Assembly: GCA_963851265.1 (NCBI GenBank)
Contig: CAWKNZ010000004.1
Coordinates: 1 to 64,000 of the forward strand
Source: an uncultured Gemmatimonadales bacterium
GTDB taxonomy: Bacteria; Gemmatimonadota; Gemmatimonadetes; Gemmatimonadales; Gemmatimonadaceae
Reading direction: 5' to 3'
Length of the DNA stretch: 64,000 nucleotides
In this document: positions 40,626 to 51,029 of the stretch, one piece after another
Numbering within the stretch: the first letter of the stretch is position 1
Layout of the letters: each line of letters opens with the position of its first letter
Position numbers and translations under genes: made by a program
Notes under the pieces: model-generated
The model's input: only the letters and a program-made list of their open reading frames with translations
Told to the model about the DNA's origin: nothing
Databases searched by the model: none

Positions 40626-42272
40626 GTGACTCTCGACCGCCGCGACTTCCTCAAAGGCTCCGCCGCCGCGGCCGCCGGCCTCGCCCTCGCCGGGCGTGCC
40701 GGCGCCATGCTCCCCGGCGTGCCCGATCCGTTCGCCACCGCCGGCTACGTGCCGCTCAACGGCGCGTCGCCGGGCGACCCGGGCACGCGCGACCTCCTCA
40801 TGCGTGCCCTGGACGCCGCGAAGAGCGGCGGCGCCAGCTACGCCGACGCCCGCATCGGCCAGAACCGGTCGCAGGCCGTGTTCACCCGCGAGCGCCGCGT
40901 GCAGGGGCTCACCGACAGCGAGACGCAGGGCATCGGCGTGCGCGCCCTCGTCGACGGGGCGTGGGGCTTCGCCGCCACGCGCGACCTCACGGCGGACGGC
41001 GTCACGACCGCCGCGCGCCAGGCCGTCGCGCAGGCGCGCGCCAACCGCGCCGCGCAGGTGCGCCCGATCACCCTCGCGCCGGTCACGCCCACCCCCTCGG
41101 GCGAGTGGCGGAGCCCGATCGAGGTGGACCCGTTCACCGTACCCGTGGCCGACAAGGTGGCCCTGCTCCTCGCGGCCAACGAGGCCGCGCTGAAGGGCGG
41201 CGCGCGCTTCGTGAACTCGGGGGTCAGCTTCCTCCGCGAGGAGAAGAGCTTCGCCTCGACCGACGGGACGTACACGGTGCAGACGCTCTACCGCACCTCG
41301 CCGGTCGTGAACGTCACGGCGGTGTCGAGCGACATGCGCGACTTCCAGTCGCGCCAGAGCGCCGAGATCGCGCCGATGGGGCTGGGATACGAGCACGTCA
41401 CCCGCTCCGACCTCGTGGCGCAGAGCGCGAAGTACGCCGCCGAGGCGCAGGAGAAGCTCAAGGCCAAGCCGGTCGAGGTGGGCCGCTACGACCTCGTGCT
41501 GCACCCGTCCAACCTCTGGCTCACGATCCACGAGAGCGTGTCGCACCCGCTCGAGCTCGACCGCGTGCTCGGCTTCGAGGCGAACTACGCGGGCACGAGC
41601 TTCGTCACGCCACCCGAGCGCGTGCTCGGCAAGCTGAAGTACGGCTCGCCGCTCATGAACATCCAGGCCGACCGGGCGCAGCCGGGCTCCCTCGCCGCCT
41701 GCGGCTGGGACGACGAGGGCGTCAAGCCCGAGACGTACACGCTCGTCAAGGACGGCGTGGTGGTCGACTACCAGACCACGCGCGAACAGGCGCCGTACCT
41801 CGACTGGTGGTACCGGCAGCAGGGGCGGCCCGTGCGCAGCCACGGCAACTCGTACGCGCAGAGCTGGGAGGACGTGCAGTTCCAGCGCATGCCCAACGTG
41901 AGCCTGCTGCCCGGCGCCAAGGACCAGACCTACGAGGACCTGATCGCCGCCACCGACCGCGGCATCGCCATCGTCGGCAACGGCAGCTTCAGCATCGACC
42001 AGCAGCGCTACAACGGCCAGTTCGCCGGGCAGCTGTTCTATGAGATCCGCGGCGGCAAGATCGCCGGCATGCTCAAGGACGTCGCCTACCAGTTCCGCAC
42101 GCCCGAGTTCTGGGGCGGGATGGACATGATCGGCGGCCGGCGCTCGTACTACCTGGGCGGCGCCAACAACGACGGCAAGGGGCAGCCGAGCCAGAGCAAC
42201 GCGGTGAGCCACGGCTGCGTGCCGGCGCGCTTCCGCAACGTCAACGTCATCAACACCGGTCGCACGGCATGA
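40626..42272 (+). CDS. tldD: Second TldD-family metalloprotease with Tat signal
   Basis: GTG start, DRRDFLK Tat motif; HESVSH; RMPNVSL; DGKGQP. Confidence 0.85.
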   Translation: MTLDRRDFLKGSAAAAAGLALAGRAGAMLPGVPDPFATAGYVPLNGASPGDPGTRDLLMRALDAAKSGGASYADARIGQNRSQAVFTRERRVQGLTDSETQGIGVRALVDGAWGFAATRDLTADGVTTAARQAVAQARANRAAQVRPITLAPVTPTPSGEWRSPIEVDPFTVPVADKVALLLAANEAALKGGARFVNSGVSFLREEKSFASTDGTYTVQTLYRTSPVVNVTAVSSDMRDFQSRQSAEIAPMGLGYEHVTRSDLVAQSAKYAAEAQEKLKAKPVEVGRYDLVLHPSNLWLTIHESVSHPLELDRVLGFEANYAGTSFVTPPERVLGKLKYGSPLMNIQADRAQPGSLAACGWDDEGVKPETYTLVKDGVVVDYQTTREQAPYLDWWYRQQGRPVRSHGNSYAQSWEDVQFQRMPNVSLLPGAKDQTYEDLIAATDRGIAIVGNGSFSIDQQRYNGQFAGQLFYEIRGGKIAGMLKDVAYQFRTPEFWGGMDMIGGRRSYYLGGANNDGKGQPSQSNAVSHGCVPARFRNVNVINTGRTA

Positions 42273-43687
42273 GCCTCCGTTCCCTGTTCGACGCGCCGGC
42301 CGCCGCCGTGCTGTCCCGCGACGCCTGCGAGGCGCTCGCCAAGAAGGTGCTCGGCTACGCCACCGCCGACGAGACGCGCGTGAGCATCGCGAGCGGCGCG
42401 CGCGGCAACACGCGCTTCGCCGTGAACCAGATCTCGACCGCGGGCGACGACCAGGACGTGGTCGTCGTGGTGCGCAGCACGTTCGGCGCGCGCACGGCCA
42501 GCGCGGTGACCAACGGCCTCACGGACGACGCGCTGCGGAGCGTGGTGCAGCGCGCGGAGGGGCTCGCGCGGCTCGCGCCCGAGGACCCCGAGAAGGTGGC
42601 CGAGTTGGGGCCGCAGCAGTACCGCGAGGCGCCGGGGTACGTGGAGGCGACGGCGGCGGTGGACGCGGCCGCCCGCGCCGCCGCGGTGCGCGCCGTGACC
42701 GAACCGTCGCGCGCGGCCGGGCTCGTCGCGACGGGCTACCTCGAGCACACGGCCGGCGCGACGGCGGTGGCCAACAACCGCGGCCTGTTCGCGTACAGCC
42801 GGCAGACGCGCGCGTCGATGACGACCACCGTGCGCACCGCCGACGGCACCGGTTCGGGGTGGGCGGGCGCGTCGGAGAACGACTTCTCGCGCATCGACCC
42901 CGCGGCGTTGGGCGCCCGCGCGATCGCCAAGGCGCGCGGGTCGGTCAACCCGGTCGCCGTCGAGCCCGGGCGGTACACGGTGGTGCTCGAGCCCACCGCC
43001 GTGGGCAACCTCGTGCAGCTCATGGCGGGTGCGCTCAACGCCCGCGCGGCCGACGAGGGGCGTTCGTTCTTCTCCAAGCCGGGGGGCGGTACGAAGATCG
43101 GGCAGAAGGTGGTCGACGAGCGCGTCACGCTCGTCACCGACCCGTTCGACCCCGAGGCGCCGGCGGCGCCGTTCGCCGCCGACGGACTGCCGTTAGGCAA
43201 GACGACGTGGATCGAGAACGGCGTCGTGAAGGACCTCGCCTACGATCCGTACTGGGCGGGGCGGCAGAACCGGCGGCCCAACACCGGCGGTGGTGGCGGC
43301 TTCGGCCCCGGCGGCGGCGGGTTCGGCGGGGCGGGGTCGCTCCGCATGTCGGGCGGGACGGCGTCGCTCGACGAACTCATCGCGTCGACCGACCGCGGGC
43401 TGCTCGTCACGCGGCTCTGGTACATCCGCCCGGTCGACCCGCGCACGATCCTCTACACCGGCCTCACGCGCGACGGCACGTTCCTCATCGAGCGCGGCAA
43501 GATCACGCGCGCGGTGAAGAACCTGCGCTGGAACGACTCGCCCGTGTTCCTGCTCAACAACCTCGAGGCGATGGGCCGTCCGGTGCGGGTGAGCGCGAGC
43601 GAGGACGGCAGCCCGGGCGCGTCGGTCGTGATGCCGCCGGTGAAGGCGCGGGACTTCAGCTTCACCAGCCTCAGCGACGCGGTGTGA
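42269..43687 (+). CDS. Second PmbA/TldE-like partner
   Basis: RFAVN, EPGRYTVVLEP, TRLWYIR, TGLTRDGTF; ATGA overlap; no signal peptide. Confidence 0.85.
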   Translation: MSLRSLFDAPAAAVLSRDACEALAKKVLGYATADETRVSIASGARGNTRFAVNQISTAGDDQDVVVVVRSTFGARTASAVTNGLTDDALRSVVQRAEGLARLAPEDPEKVAELGPQQYREAPGYVEATAAVDAAARAAAVRAVTEPSRAAGLVATGYLEHTAGATAVANNRGLFAYSRQTRASMTTTVRTADGTGSGWAGASENDFSRIDPAALGARAIAKARGSVNPVAVEPGRYTVVLEPTAVGNLVQLMAGALNARAADEGRSFFSKPGGGTKIGQKVVDERVTLVTDPFDPEAPAAPFAADGLPLGKTTWIENGVVKDLAYDPYWAGRQNRRPNTGGGGGFGPGGGGFGGAGSLRMSGGTASLDELIASTDRGLLVTRLWYIRPVDPRTILYTGLTRDGTFLIERGKITRAVKNLRWNDSPVFLLNNLEAMGRPVRVSASEDGSPGASVVMPPVKARDFSFTSLSDAV

Positions 43688-46493
43688 CGGCCCGCGCGTC
43701 GAGCGCGCCGCGCACCGCGTCGAGCAGCTGCGCCGGCGTGAACGGCTTGTCGAGCGTTCGCACCGGCGGGCCGGTGGCCGCCGCGCCCCCGACCGGCTCC
43801 TCGACGTAGCCCGACATGATCACCGCGGGCAGCTCGGGGCACCGCTCGCGCAGCCGTTTCACCAGCTCGCGCCCACCCAGCTCGGGCATCCGCTGGTCGG
43901 TCAGCACCACGTCCACGTCGCCGCCGCGCTCGTCCCAGACCAGCAGCGCGTCGGCGCCGTGCCGCGCCTCGAACACCCGGTACCCGTGGCGCTCGAGCAC
44001 GCGCCGCGCGGTGCGGCGTACCGCGTTCTCGTCCTCGACGAGGAGCACCGTCTCGCCCCCGGCCCGCTCCGACGCGGTACCGCCGCGCGCCGGGTCGGCG
44101 GCCGGCGCCACGTCCCCCGCGCTCGGCAGGAGCACCGCGAAGGTGGTGCCCAGCCCCGGCGTGCTCTCGACCAGGATCGTGCCGCCGCTCTGCGCCGCGA
44201 TCCCGAACGCCGTCGAGAGGCCGAGCCCCGTGCCCCGCCCCGGCTCCTTGGTCGTGAAGAACGGCTCGAACACGTGCGCGCGCGTGGCCGCGTCCATCCC
44301 GATGCCGTCGTCGCGCACCACGAGGCGCACGTACGCGGCCGGCACGTACGCGGCCGGCACGTACGCGGGCGACACGTACGCGGCGGACAGGTAAGCGGCC
44401 GGCGCGTCGGCCGACGGGTCGCCGCGCGCCCCGAGCGCGGCTGCCGACCCGGGCTCCGGGCGCCACGTGTCGACCGCCACCTGCACGAGCCCGTGCGGGC
44501 GGTCGCGCACGGCCTGCACCGCGTCGCGCGCGTTCACGACGAGGTTCATGAGCACCTGCTCCAACTGCCCGGGGTCGGCGTGCACGACGTGCGGCGTGTC
44601 GGGCAGCACGAGGTCGAGGGTGATCGTCTCGGGGAGCAGACGGCGGAGCAACGCCTCCGCGCCGCGCACCACGTCGGCGAGGTCGAGCAGGCGCGGGCGC
44701 AGCATCTGCCGCCGGCTGAAGGCCAGGAGCTGCCGCGTGAGCTGCGCGCCGCGCCGCGCGGCCCGCCCGATCTCGTCGAGGTCGGCGGCGAGCACCGACC
44801 CCGGGGGCGCCGCGTTGCGCGACAGCTCGGCGCTCGCGAGGATCACCGAGAGCAGGTTGTTGAAGTCGTGCGCGATGCCGCCGGCGAGCTGCCCCACGGC
44901 CTCCATCTTCTGCGACTGCCGCAGCTGGGCCTCCAGCTCGCGCTGCTCCGACACGTCGAGCACTGCACCGATCACCCGCAACGGCCGGCCCGCGACGTCG
45001 CGGACCACGAGCACGCGGTCGATGACCGTCGCAAACGTGCCGTCGCCGCGGCGCAGGCGGTACTCGGCGACGCTCACGTCGTCCGAACCCGCGAGGACGG
45101 CGTCGAGCGACGCGAGCACGCGCGGGCGGTCTTCGGGGTGCAACGTGTTCTCCCACGACGCGTGGTCGAATCCGGCGTCGGCGGGCACGCGAAAGATTTC
45201 GAGCAGCTGGTCGCTCGTCCACAACGTCCCCCGCGCCACGTCCCATTCGTAGAACCCGTCGCGCGTCGCACGCGCAGCGAGCCGGAATCGCTCCTCGCTC
45301 GCGCGCAGCGCCTCCTCGGCGGCCACCTGCTCGGTCACGTCCTGCACGGTGCCCGAGGCGTAGACCGGGCGCCCCGCGGCGTCGTAGCGCCACTCGGTAC
45401 GCGTGATGACCACGCGCCGCACCCCGTCGGGGCGGTCGATGCGCCACCGCCCGCTGCTGTGCGGCAGCCGCGCCGCGGTGGCTGAGCGGCGCTGCTCGTT
45501 CGACGCGGCGCGGTCCTCCGGCACCAGCAACGCGTCAAACGCCTCGACCGCGTTCGCCCCGAGCTCCGGCATCCGGTCCGGGGGCACGCCGAACAGGCGG
45601 TACACCTCGTCGCTCACCCACGTCTCGCCGGTGGCGATGTCCCACGACCAGCTCCCGAGCTGCCCGATGCGTTGCGCCTCGGCGAGGAGCGCCCGCTCGC
45701 GCTCGAGCGCCGCGCGCGCGGTCTCGCGCTCCGTGACGTCGGTGTGCGTGCCCACCCACTCGGTGATCGCGCCGTCGGCGGCGCGCACCGGCACGGCGCG
45801 CATGACCATCCAGCGCCAGCCGCCGTCGGCGGCGCGCAGGCGGTACGGGTGCTCGTACATCCGCTCGGTCGCGAACGCGGTCCGCCACGCCTCCCTGAGC
45901 TGCGCGCGGTCGTCGGGGTGCACGGGGGTGAACCAGTCGTCCGCGGGGCTTTCGGGCGTGACGCGCACGCCCGTGAAGCTGCTCCAGGCGTCGTCCCCGT
46001 CGATGTCGCGCCCGTCGGGCGTCGTGCGCCAAACGATCTGCGCCGCGGCCTCGGTGAGCGAGCGGTAACGTGCCTCGCTCGCGCGCAGCGCCTCCTCCGC
46101 CGCGAGCGCGTCCTCGACGTCGCTCGACACGCCCACCCACTCGGCCACACGCCCCTCCGGGTCGACGATGGGCACCGCGCGCATGCGGAAGCGGTGGTAG
46201 CGGCCGTCCGGCAGGCGCAGGCGGTAGACCGACGTGTAGGGCCGGCGCTCGCGCAACGCGGCGCGCCACTCGTCGCGCATCGCCGGCAGGTCGTCCGGGT
46301 GCACCACGCGGGCCCAGCCGTAGCCGTCCGTCTCCTCGCGCGACAGCTGGAAGAGCGTCGACCACTGCCCGGGATCGAGCGTGCGGCCGTGGGCGTCGGT
46401 GCGCCAGACCACGTCGGCGGTGGCCTCGGCGAGCGAGCGGAAGCGGGCCGCGTCGAGGGCGAGGGCGTGGGTCGCGTCTTCGGTGGGCGGCAT
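43671..46493 (-). CDS. Cytoplasmic hybrid sensor histidine kinase (4 PAS/PAC + HisKA + HATPase + receiver)
   Basis: Four PAS repeats, GGIAHDFNNLL, NLVVNARDA, FEPFFTTK..G.GTGLGL, LLVEDE...TDQRMP...KPF; no TM. Confidence 0.93.
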   Translation of the reverse strand: MPPTEDATHALALDAARFRSLAEATADVVWRTDAHGRTLDPGQWSTLFQLSREETDGYGWARVVHPDDLPAMRDEWRAALRERRPYTSVYRLRLPDGRYHRFRMRAVPIVDPEGRVAEWVGVSSDVEDALAAEEALRASEARYRSLTEAAAQIVWRTTPDGRDIDGDDAWSSFTGVRVTPESPADDWFTPVHPDDRAQLREAWRTAFATERMYEHPYRLRAADGGWRWMVMRAVPVRAADGAITEWVGTHTDVTERETARAALERERALLAEAQRIGQLGSWSWDIATGETWVSDEVYRLFGVPPDRMPELGANAVEAFDALLVPEDRAASNEQRRSATAARLPHSSGRWRIDRPDGVRRVVITRTEWRYDAAGRPVYASGTVQDVTEQVAAEEALRASEERFRLAARATRDGFYEWDVARGTLWTSDQLLEIFRVPADAGFDHASWENTLHPEDRPRVLASLDAVLAGSDDVSVAEYRLRRGDGTFATVIDRVLVVRDVAGRPLRVIGAVLDVSEQRELEAQLRQSQKMEAVGQLAGGIAHDFNNLLSVILASAELSRNAAPPGSVLAADLDEIGRAARRGAQLTRQLLAFSRRQMLRPRLLDLADVVRGAEALLRRLLPETITLDLVLPDTPHVVHADPGQLEQVLMNLVVNARDAVQAVRDRPHGLVQVAVDTWRPEPGSAAALGARGDPSADAPAAYLSAAYVSPAYVPAAYVPAAYVRLVVRDDGIGMDAATRAHVFEPFFTTKEPGRGTGLGLSTAFGIAAQSGGTILVESTPGLGTTFAVLLPSAGDVAPAADPARGGTASERAGGETVLLVEDENAVRRTARRVLERHGYRVFEARHGADALLVWDERGGDVDVVLTDQRMPELGGRELVKRLRERCPELPAVIMSGYVEEPVGGAAATGPPVRTLDKPFTPAQLLDAVRGALDARAVTPRR
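44327..44401. repeat. In-frame 15-bp repeat (AAYVP-like x5) inside kinase ATPase domain
   Basis: GCACGTACGCGGCCG units at 44327, 44342, 44357, 44372, 44387. Confidence 0.85.
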
Positions 46494-46539
46494 GTGTCGT
46501 AGAGTGCGCCGGCAACGGGCCGAACGCCAGAGGGACCGC

Positions 46540-47616
46540 TCAGCCGTTGCCGCCGACGGCGAGCAGCGCGAACGTCGCGAGCCAGTGCTCGCCCATGTAG
46601 TCGCCCGCGACGTGCGGCAGGCCGGCCGCGAGGTGACGCCGCGCCGCCCCGCGCGCGGCGCCGCAGCGCGGGTCGTCGGCCCCGGCCGTGGCGGCGAGTG
46701 CGTCGGCCACGCCGCGCCAGCACCACGCCCGGCTCAGGTTGAGCCCGTCCAGGTGCGCGATCTTGCCGTCGGTGCGGTCGCTCACGGCGGCCGGCTCGAA
46801 CAGCGCCGCCGGCGCGCCCGCGGCCACGCCCGGCAGGAAGCGCGCGAACCACTCGGCAAATTCGTCGGCGGGCAGCACGCGGCGCATGCACTCGGCCTCG
46901 ACCAACGCGGGCGAGAGGAAATCGTCGCCGCCCGGCTCCCACGCCTGGCAGTCGCGGTCGCCCGCGTACCACCGGCGCGCGCGCCCGCGGAGGAGCGTGC
47001 CCAACGCGTCGTCGCCCGCCGCGTCGGCGTACTCCAGCGCGAGCGCGAGCGCGAACGCCGTGTTGAAGTGCGTGCCCGCGCGCACCGGGTAGTCGGCCTT
47101 GGGGAGGAACTCGCGGAACCGCTCGGCGAACGCCGCCGCGAGCGGCGCCAGCGCCGCCGCCCACCGCCGCCCCTCGGGCGTCGCGTGCCGCCCCACCTCC
47201 GCCGCGAGCGCGAGCAGCCACGCCCAGCCGTACGGCCGCTCGAAACCGCGCGCCGACGGCCGGGCCAGGTAGGCCACCTCGCCCGCGACGCGCTCCGGCG
47301 TGAGGTGCGCGTCGAACAGCGCGCGCACGGCCCCCGCTTCCGGGAGCGACGGCACGCGGCGCAGCACGCGCGCCAGCAGCCAGTAGCCGTGCACGCACGA
47401 GTGCCAGTCGAAGCTGCCGTAGAACACCGGGTGCAGGGCGCGCGGCCCGCGGGCGTCCTCCGGCCCGGCGAGCACGTGGTCGAGCTTGTTGGGGTACTCG
47501 CGCGTGACGTGGCCGAGGGCGAGCGCCGCGAAGCGCGAGGCGAGCGCGGGGGTGAGGATGGGCAGACCGTCCGCGTCGACGGCCGGCGCCGGGTCAGCGG
47601 CGGGGGATGCAGGCAT
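46540..47616 (-). CDS. DUF2891 domain protein
   Basis: REYPNK, HPVFYGSFDWHSCVH, FERPYGWAW, HLDGLNLSRAW, GDYMGEHWLATFA. Confidence 0.87.
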   Translation of the reverse strand: MPASPAADPAPAVDADGLPILTPALASRFAALALGHVTREYPNKLDHVLAGPEDARGPRALHPVFYGSFDWHSCVHGYWLLARVLRRVPSLPEAGAVRALFDAHLTPERVAGEVAYLARPSARGFERPYGWAWLLALAAEVGRHATPEGRRWAAALAPLAAAFAERFREFLPKADYPVRAGTHFNTAFALALALEYADAAGDDALGTLLRGRARRWYAGDRDCQAWEPGGDDFLSPALVEAECMRRVLPADEFAEWFARFLPGVAAGAPAALFEPAAVSDRTDGKIAHLDGLNLSRAWCWRGVADALAATAGADDPRCGAARGAARRHLAAGLPHVAGDYMGEHWLATFALLAVGGNG

Positions 47617-48607
47617 AGAGCAGCGCGGTGTTGACGGCGAGCAGCGCGAGCGCGGTGGGCGCCTGCGCGCGGATCACGGCCCAGTCGCCGCGCAGGCCGA
47701 GCAGCGCGACGGGGACGACGTTGAAGTTGGCCGCCATGGGCGTGCAGAGCGTGCCGCAGAACCCCGACAACATGCCTAACGCGGCGACGGGGGCCGGGTC
47801 GGCGCCGAAGCGGCCGACGAGCACCGGCAGCCCCACGGCGAGCAGCATCACGGGAAACGCCGCGAACGCGTTGCCGAGCACCGCGGTGAACAGCGCCATC
47901 CCGACCGTGTAGGCGGCGACGGCGGCGAGGGGGACGCCGAGCGGCACGACGCCGCCGACGAGCCCGGCGACCGCGCGCCCCACGCCGGCGGACGCGAACA
48001 CCGCGCCGAGCGCGGCGAGGGCCTGCGGCAGCACGGCGGGCCACCCGACGGCGTCCATGAGCCGGCGCGTCTCGCGGGCGGGCGCGCCGGCGCCCGGGCG
48101 CAGCAGCGCGAGCGCCGCCCCGAGCCCGGCGAGCGCGCCCGTGCCTAACGCGACGAGGGTGGCCTGCTTGGGGTCGACCAGCGGCGCGCCGCCCGCGCGC
48201 AGGCGGGGGAACGCCCAGGTGCCAGCGACCGTGACCGCGGGCACGAGGAGCGCGGGCAGGAACAGCCGGTTGCCGGCGCGCGGGTGCTCGGCACGCCGGG
48301 CCTCGGCGTGTCGGGGCGCGGCACTTCGGGGCTCGCGCGCCGGGGCGGGCGGCGACGCGGGCGCGTCGGGCACGGCGGCGTCTCGCGGGCGGGCGAACCC
48401 GACGCCCGCGAGCACGCCGAGCGCGATCAGCACGGCCCCCGCGCCAACGTCGCCCAGCCGCCGGCCGGCGAGGAAGGTGAGCGACCACAGCCCCCAGAAT
48501 GCCGCCGCGCGCCAGCGCCGCGGGTGCCCGGCGTCGCGCGCGTTGATCACCGCCACCGCCGCGGTGAGCGCGCCCATGAGCGTGTAGACGAAGCCGAGCC
48601 CGATCAC
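47594..48607 (-). CDS. DUF979 membrane protein (putative 5-oxoproline transporter subunit)
   Basis: GNRLFLPAL, LPQALAALG, GNAFAAFPV, GFCGTLCTPMAANFN. Confidence 0.87.
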   Translation of the reverse strand: MIGLGFVYTLMGALTAAVAVINARDAGHPRRWRAAAFWGLWSLTFLAGRRLGDVGAGAVLIALGVLAGVGFARPRDAAVPDAPASPPAPAREPRSAAPRHAEARRAEHPRAGNRLFLPALLVPAVTVAGTWAFPRLRAGGAPLVDPKQATLVALGTGALAGLGAALALLRPGAGAPARETRRLMDAVGWPAVLPQALAALGAVFASAGVGRAVAGLVGGVVPLGVPLAAVAAYTVGMALFTAVLGNAFAAFPVMLLAVGLPVLVGRFGADPAPVAALGMLSGFCGTLCTPMAANFNVVPVALLGLRGDWAVIRAQAPTALALLAVNTALLYACIPRR

Positions 48608-48632
48608 GGCGCGCCGTTCCGCGCACGGCGGC

Positions 48633-49301
48633 TCACGGACGGCCGCCGCGCGCGAGCCGCCCGTCGAGCCGCAGCAGCCGCGCGCCGTGCACGCCGAACG
48701 CGGCGACGGCCGTCGGCACCGCCCAGAGCGCGACGCGCGCGGGCTCGATCAGGATGCCGTTCTCCGCCAGCACGCCCTTGATCAGGAGGATGGAGCCGAT
48801 CGCGATGAACACGTCCTCGCCGAAGAAGAGCCCGACGTTGTCGACCGCGGCGGCGTGGGCGCGGAGCCGCTCGCGCGCCGGGGCGTCGGTGCCGTCGGGC
48901 GCGGCGCCCTCGACCATCGGCGCGAGCAGCGGGCGGACCATCTGCGGGTGGCCGCCGAGCGACGTGAGACCGAGCGCCGCGGTGAGCTGGCGGAGCGCGA
49001 GGTAGGCGAGGAGCACGCGGCCGGGCGTCGCGCCGCGCAGCCCGGCGACGAGGGCGCGGGCGCGATCCTTGAGGCCGGCCGACTCGAGCACACCGATGGT
49101 CGGCACGACGAGCCAGACGATCGCCACGTAGCGATTCTCGACGAACGCGCGACCGAGCGTGGCGACGACGGCGAGCGGCGAGCGGCCGGCCGCGACCCCC
49201 GTCACGAGCGCCGCGACGGCGACGACGAGCAGCGGATTGACGCGCCGCGCGAACCCCGCGACGATGACGAGAACGCCGGCGAGCGGCAGGAGCGAGGGCA
49301 T
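48633..49301 (-). CDS. DUF969 membrane protein (putative 5-oxoproline transporter subunit)
   Basis: NPLLVV, LGGHPQMVRPL, DNVGLFFGED. Confidence 0.87.
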   Translation of the reverse strand: MPSLLPLAGVLVIVAGFARRVNPLLVVAVAALVTGVAAGRSPLAVVATLGRAFVENRYVAIVWLVVPTIGVLESAGLKDRARALVAGLRGATPGRVLLAYLALRQLTAALGLTSLGGHPQMVRPLLAPMVEGAAPDGTDAPARERLRAHAAAVDNVGLFFGEDVFIAIGSILLIKGVLAENGILIEPARVALWAVPTAVAAFGVHGARLLRLDGRLARGGRP

Positions 49302-49384
49302 CGCGGAATGATGGAGCCGCGCGGCGCCCGCGGCTACGTGGCCGCTACGTTGCCGGGGCGCGCCCCGACGCGCCGTCCACCTTC

Positions 49385-49816
49385 ATGCCCGCGACCATGT
49401 CCGCCTCCGCCGACGCCACCGCCCGCCACGTCCGCTGGGAGGACCTGCAGAAGGAGCAGGTCACCCCGCAGCTCGCCCGCCGCCTCGTCACGAGCGAGCG
49501 CATGATGCTCGCCCAGGTGTACCTCGAGGCGGGGTGCGTGGTCCCGAAGCACTCGCACGAGAACGAGCAGATCACCTGGATCGTCGAGGGCGCGCTCCGC
49601 TTCCACCTCGGCGAGCACGGCGAGCAGGAGGTGGTCGTGCGCGCGGGCGAGGTGCTCGTCATCCCCTCGCACCTGCCGCACACCGCCGAGGCGCTCGAGG
49701 ACACGCTCGACGTCGACATCTTCTGCCCGCCGCGGGCCGACTGGCTGAACGGGACCGACACGTACTTCCACCAGACGACCCCCCACCAGGCCGCCCCCCC
49801 GGCGGCCGGGCGTTAG
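49385..49816 (+). CDS. Cupin domain protein
   Basis: PKHSHENEQ...G, IPSHLPH, DIFCPPR. Confidence 0.87.
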   Translation: MPATMSASADATARHVRWEDLQKEQVTPQLARRLVTSERMMLAQVYLEAGCVVPKHSHENEQITWIVEGALRFHLGEHGEQEVVVRAGEVLVIPSHLPHTAEALEDTLDVDIFCPPRADWLNGTDTYFHQTTPHQAAPPAAGR

Positions 49817-49832
49817 GCGCGGGCCCGGCGCG

Positions 49833-51029
49833 ATGACCACCGCCGCCGCCCCCGCGCCCGCCGCCCCCGCCGCGCGCCTCGCCCTGCTCTCGGGCGAGGG
49901 CGCGCTCGACGTCTTCCGCCGCGCGCAGGAGGTGGAGCGCGCGGGGCGTTCGGTCATCCACCTCGAGCTGGGCGCGCCCGACGTGGATGCCCCGCCGCAC
50001 GTCGTCGACGCCGCGGTGCGCGCGCTCCGCGCGGGCGACGCGCGCTACGTCGCGCCGCAGGGCCTGCCCGAGTTGCGCGAGGCGATCGCGGCCGACCTGC
50101 GCTCGCGCGGCGTCGACGCCGGCGCCGACCGCGTGGTCGTGACGCCGAGCGCCAAGACGGCCGTGTTCTACGCGCTCCTCGCGACGGTGGGCCCCGGCGA
50201 CGAGGTGCTCGTCCCCGACCCGGGGTTCCCGATCTACGCCTCGATGGTCCGCTTCGCGGGCGGGGTGCCGGTGGGCTACGCGCACGACGCCGACGGCGCG
50301 CCCGACCTCGACGACGTCGTGGCGCGCGTGACGCCGCGCACGCGCGCGCTCGCGCTCAACTCACCGGGCAACCCCACCGGCGGCGCGTTGGGCGAGGCCG
50401 GGCTCGCGCGGCTCGCGGAGCTGGCGCGGCGGCACGACCTCGTGCTCGTCGCCGACGACATCTACTCGCGGCTCGTGTACGAGGGCGCCCGGGCGCCGAG
50501 CGCGGCCGCGTTCGCGCCCGAGCGCACGCTGCTCGTCGACGGGTTCTCGAAGACGTACGCGATGACCGGCTACCGGCTCGGCTACCTCGTCGCGCCGGCC
50601 GCGTGGACCGAGCGGCTGGTGACGCTCGCGATCAACGGGCACACGTGCGTGCCGCCGTTCGTGCAGCGCGCGGGGGTCGCGGCGCTGGAGGGGCCGCAGG
50701 ACGTGGTCGCGTCGCAGGTGGCGGCCTACCGCGCCCGGCGCGACCTGCTGGTCGGCGCGCTCGGCGCGATCCCGGGCGTGCGCTGCGCGACGCCGGCCGG
50801 CGCGTTCTACGTGTTCCCCGACTTCTCGGGCGCGCTCGCGCCGCGCGGGGTGACCTCGCGCGCGTTCGCCGCGCGGCTGCTCGAGGCGCACGGCGTGGCG
50901 GCGATCGACGGCGCCACGTTCGGCCCGCGCGGCGAGGGGCACCTGCGCTTCTCGTTCGCCTCGGCGCAGTCGGACCTCGACGCCGCGGTCGCGCGGGTGC
51001 GCGCCGCGGTGGAATCGTTAGGCGCGTGA
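49833..51029 (+). CDS. PLP-dependent aminotransferase class I/II
   Basis: NSPGNPTG, DDIY, DGFSKTYAMTGYRLG, GAFY, LRFSFA. Confidence 0.92.
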   Translation: MTTAAAPAPAAPAARLALLSGEGALDVFRRAQEVERAGRSVIHLELGAPDVDAPPHVVDAAVRALRAGDARYVAPQGLPELREAIAADLRSRGVDAGADRVVVTPSAKTAVFYALLATVGPGDEVLVPDPGFPIYASMVRFAGGVPVGYAHDADGAPDLDDVVARVTPRTRALALNSPGNPTGGALGEAGLARLAELARRHDLVLVADDIYSRLVYEGARAPSAAAFAPERTLLVDGFSKTYAMTGYRLGYLVAPAAWTERLVTLAINGHTCVPPFVQRAGVAALEGPQDVVASQVAAYRARRDLLVGALGAIPGVRCATPAGAFYVFPDFSGALAPRGVTSRAFAARLLEAHGVAAIDGATFGPRGEGHLRFSFASAQSDLDAAVARVRAAVESLGA

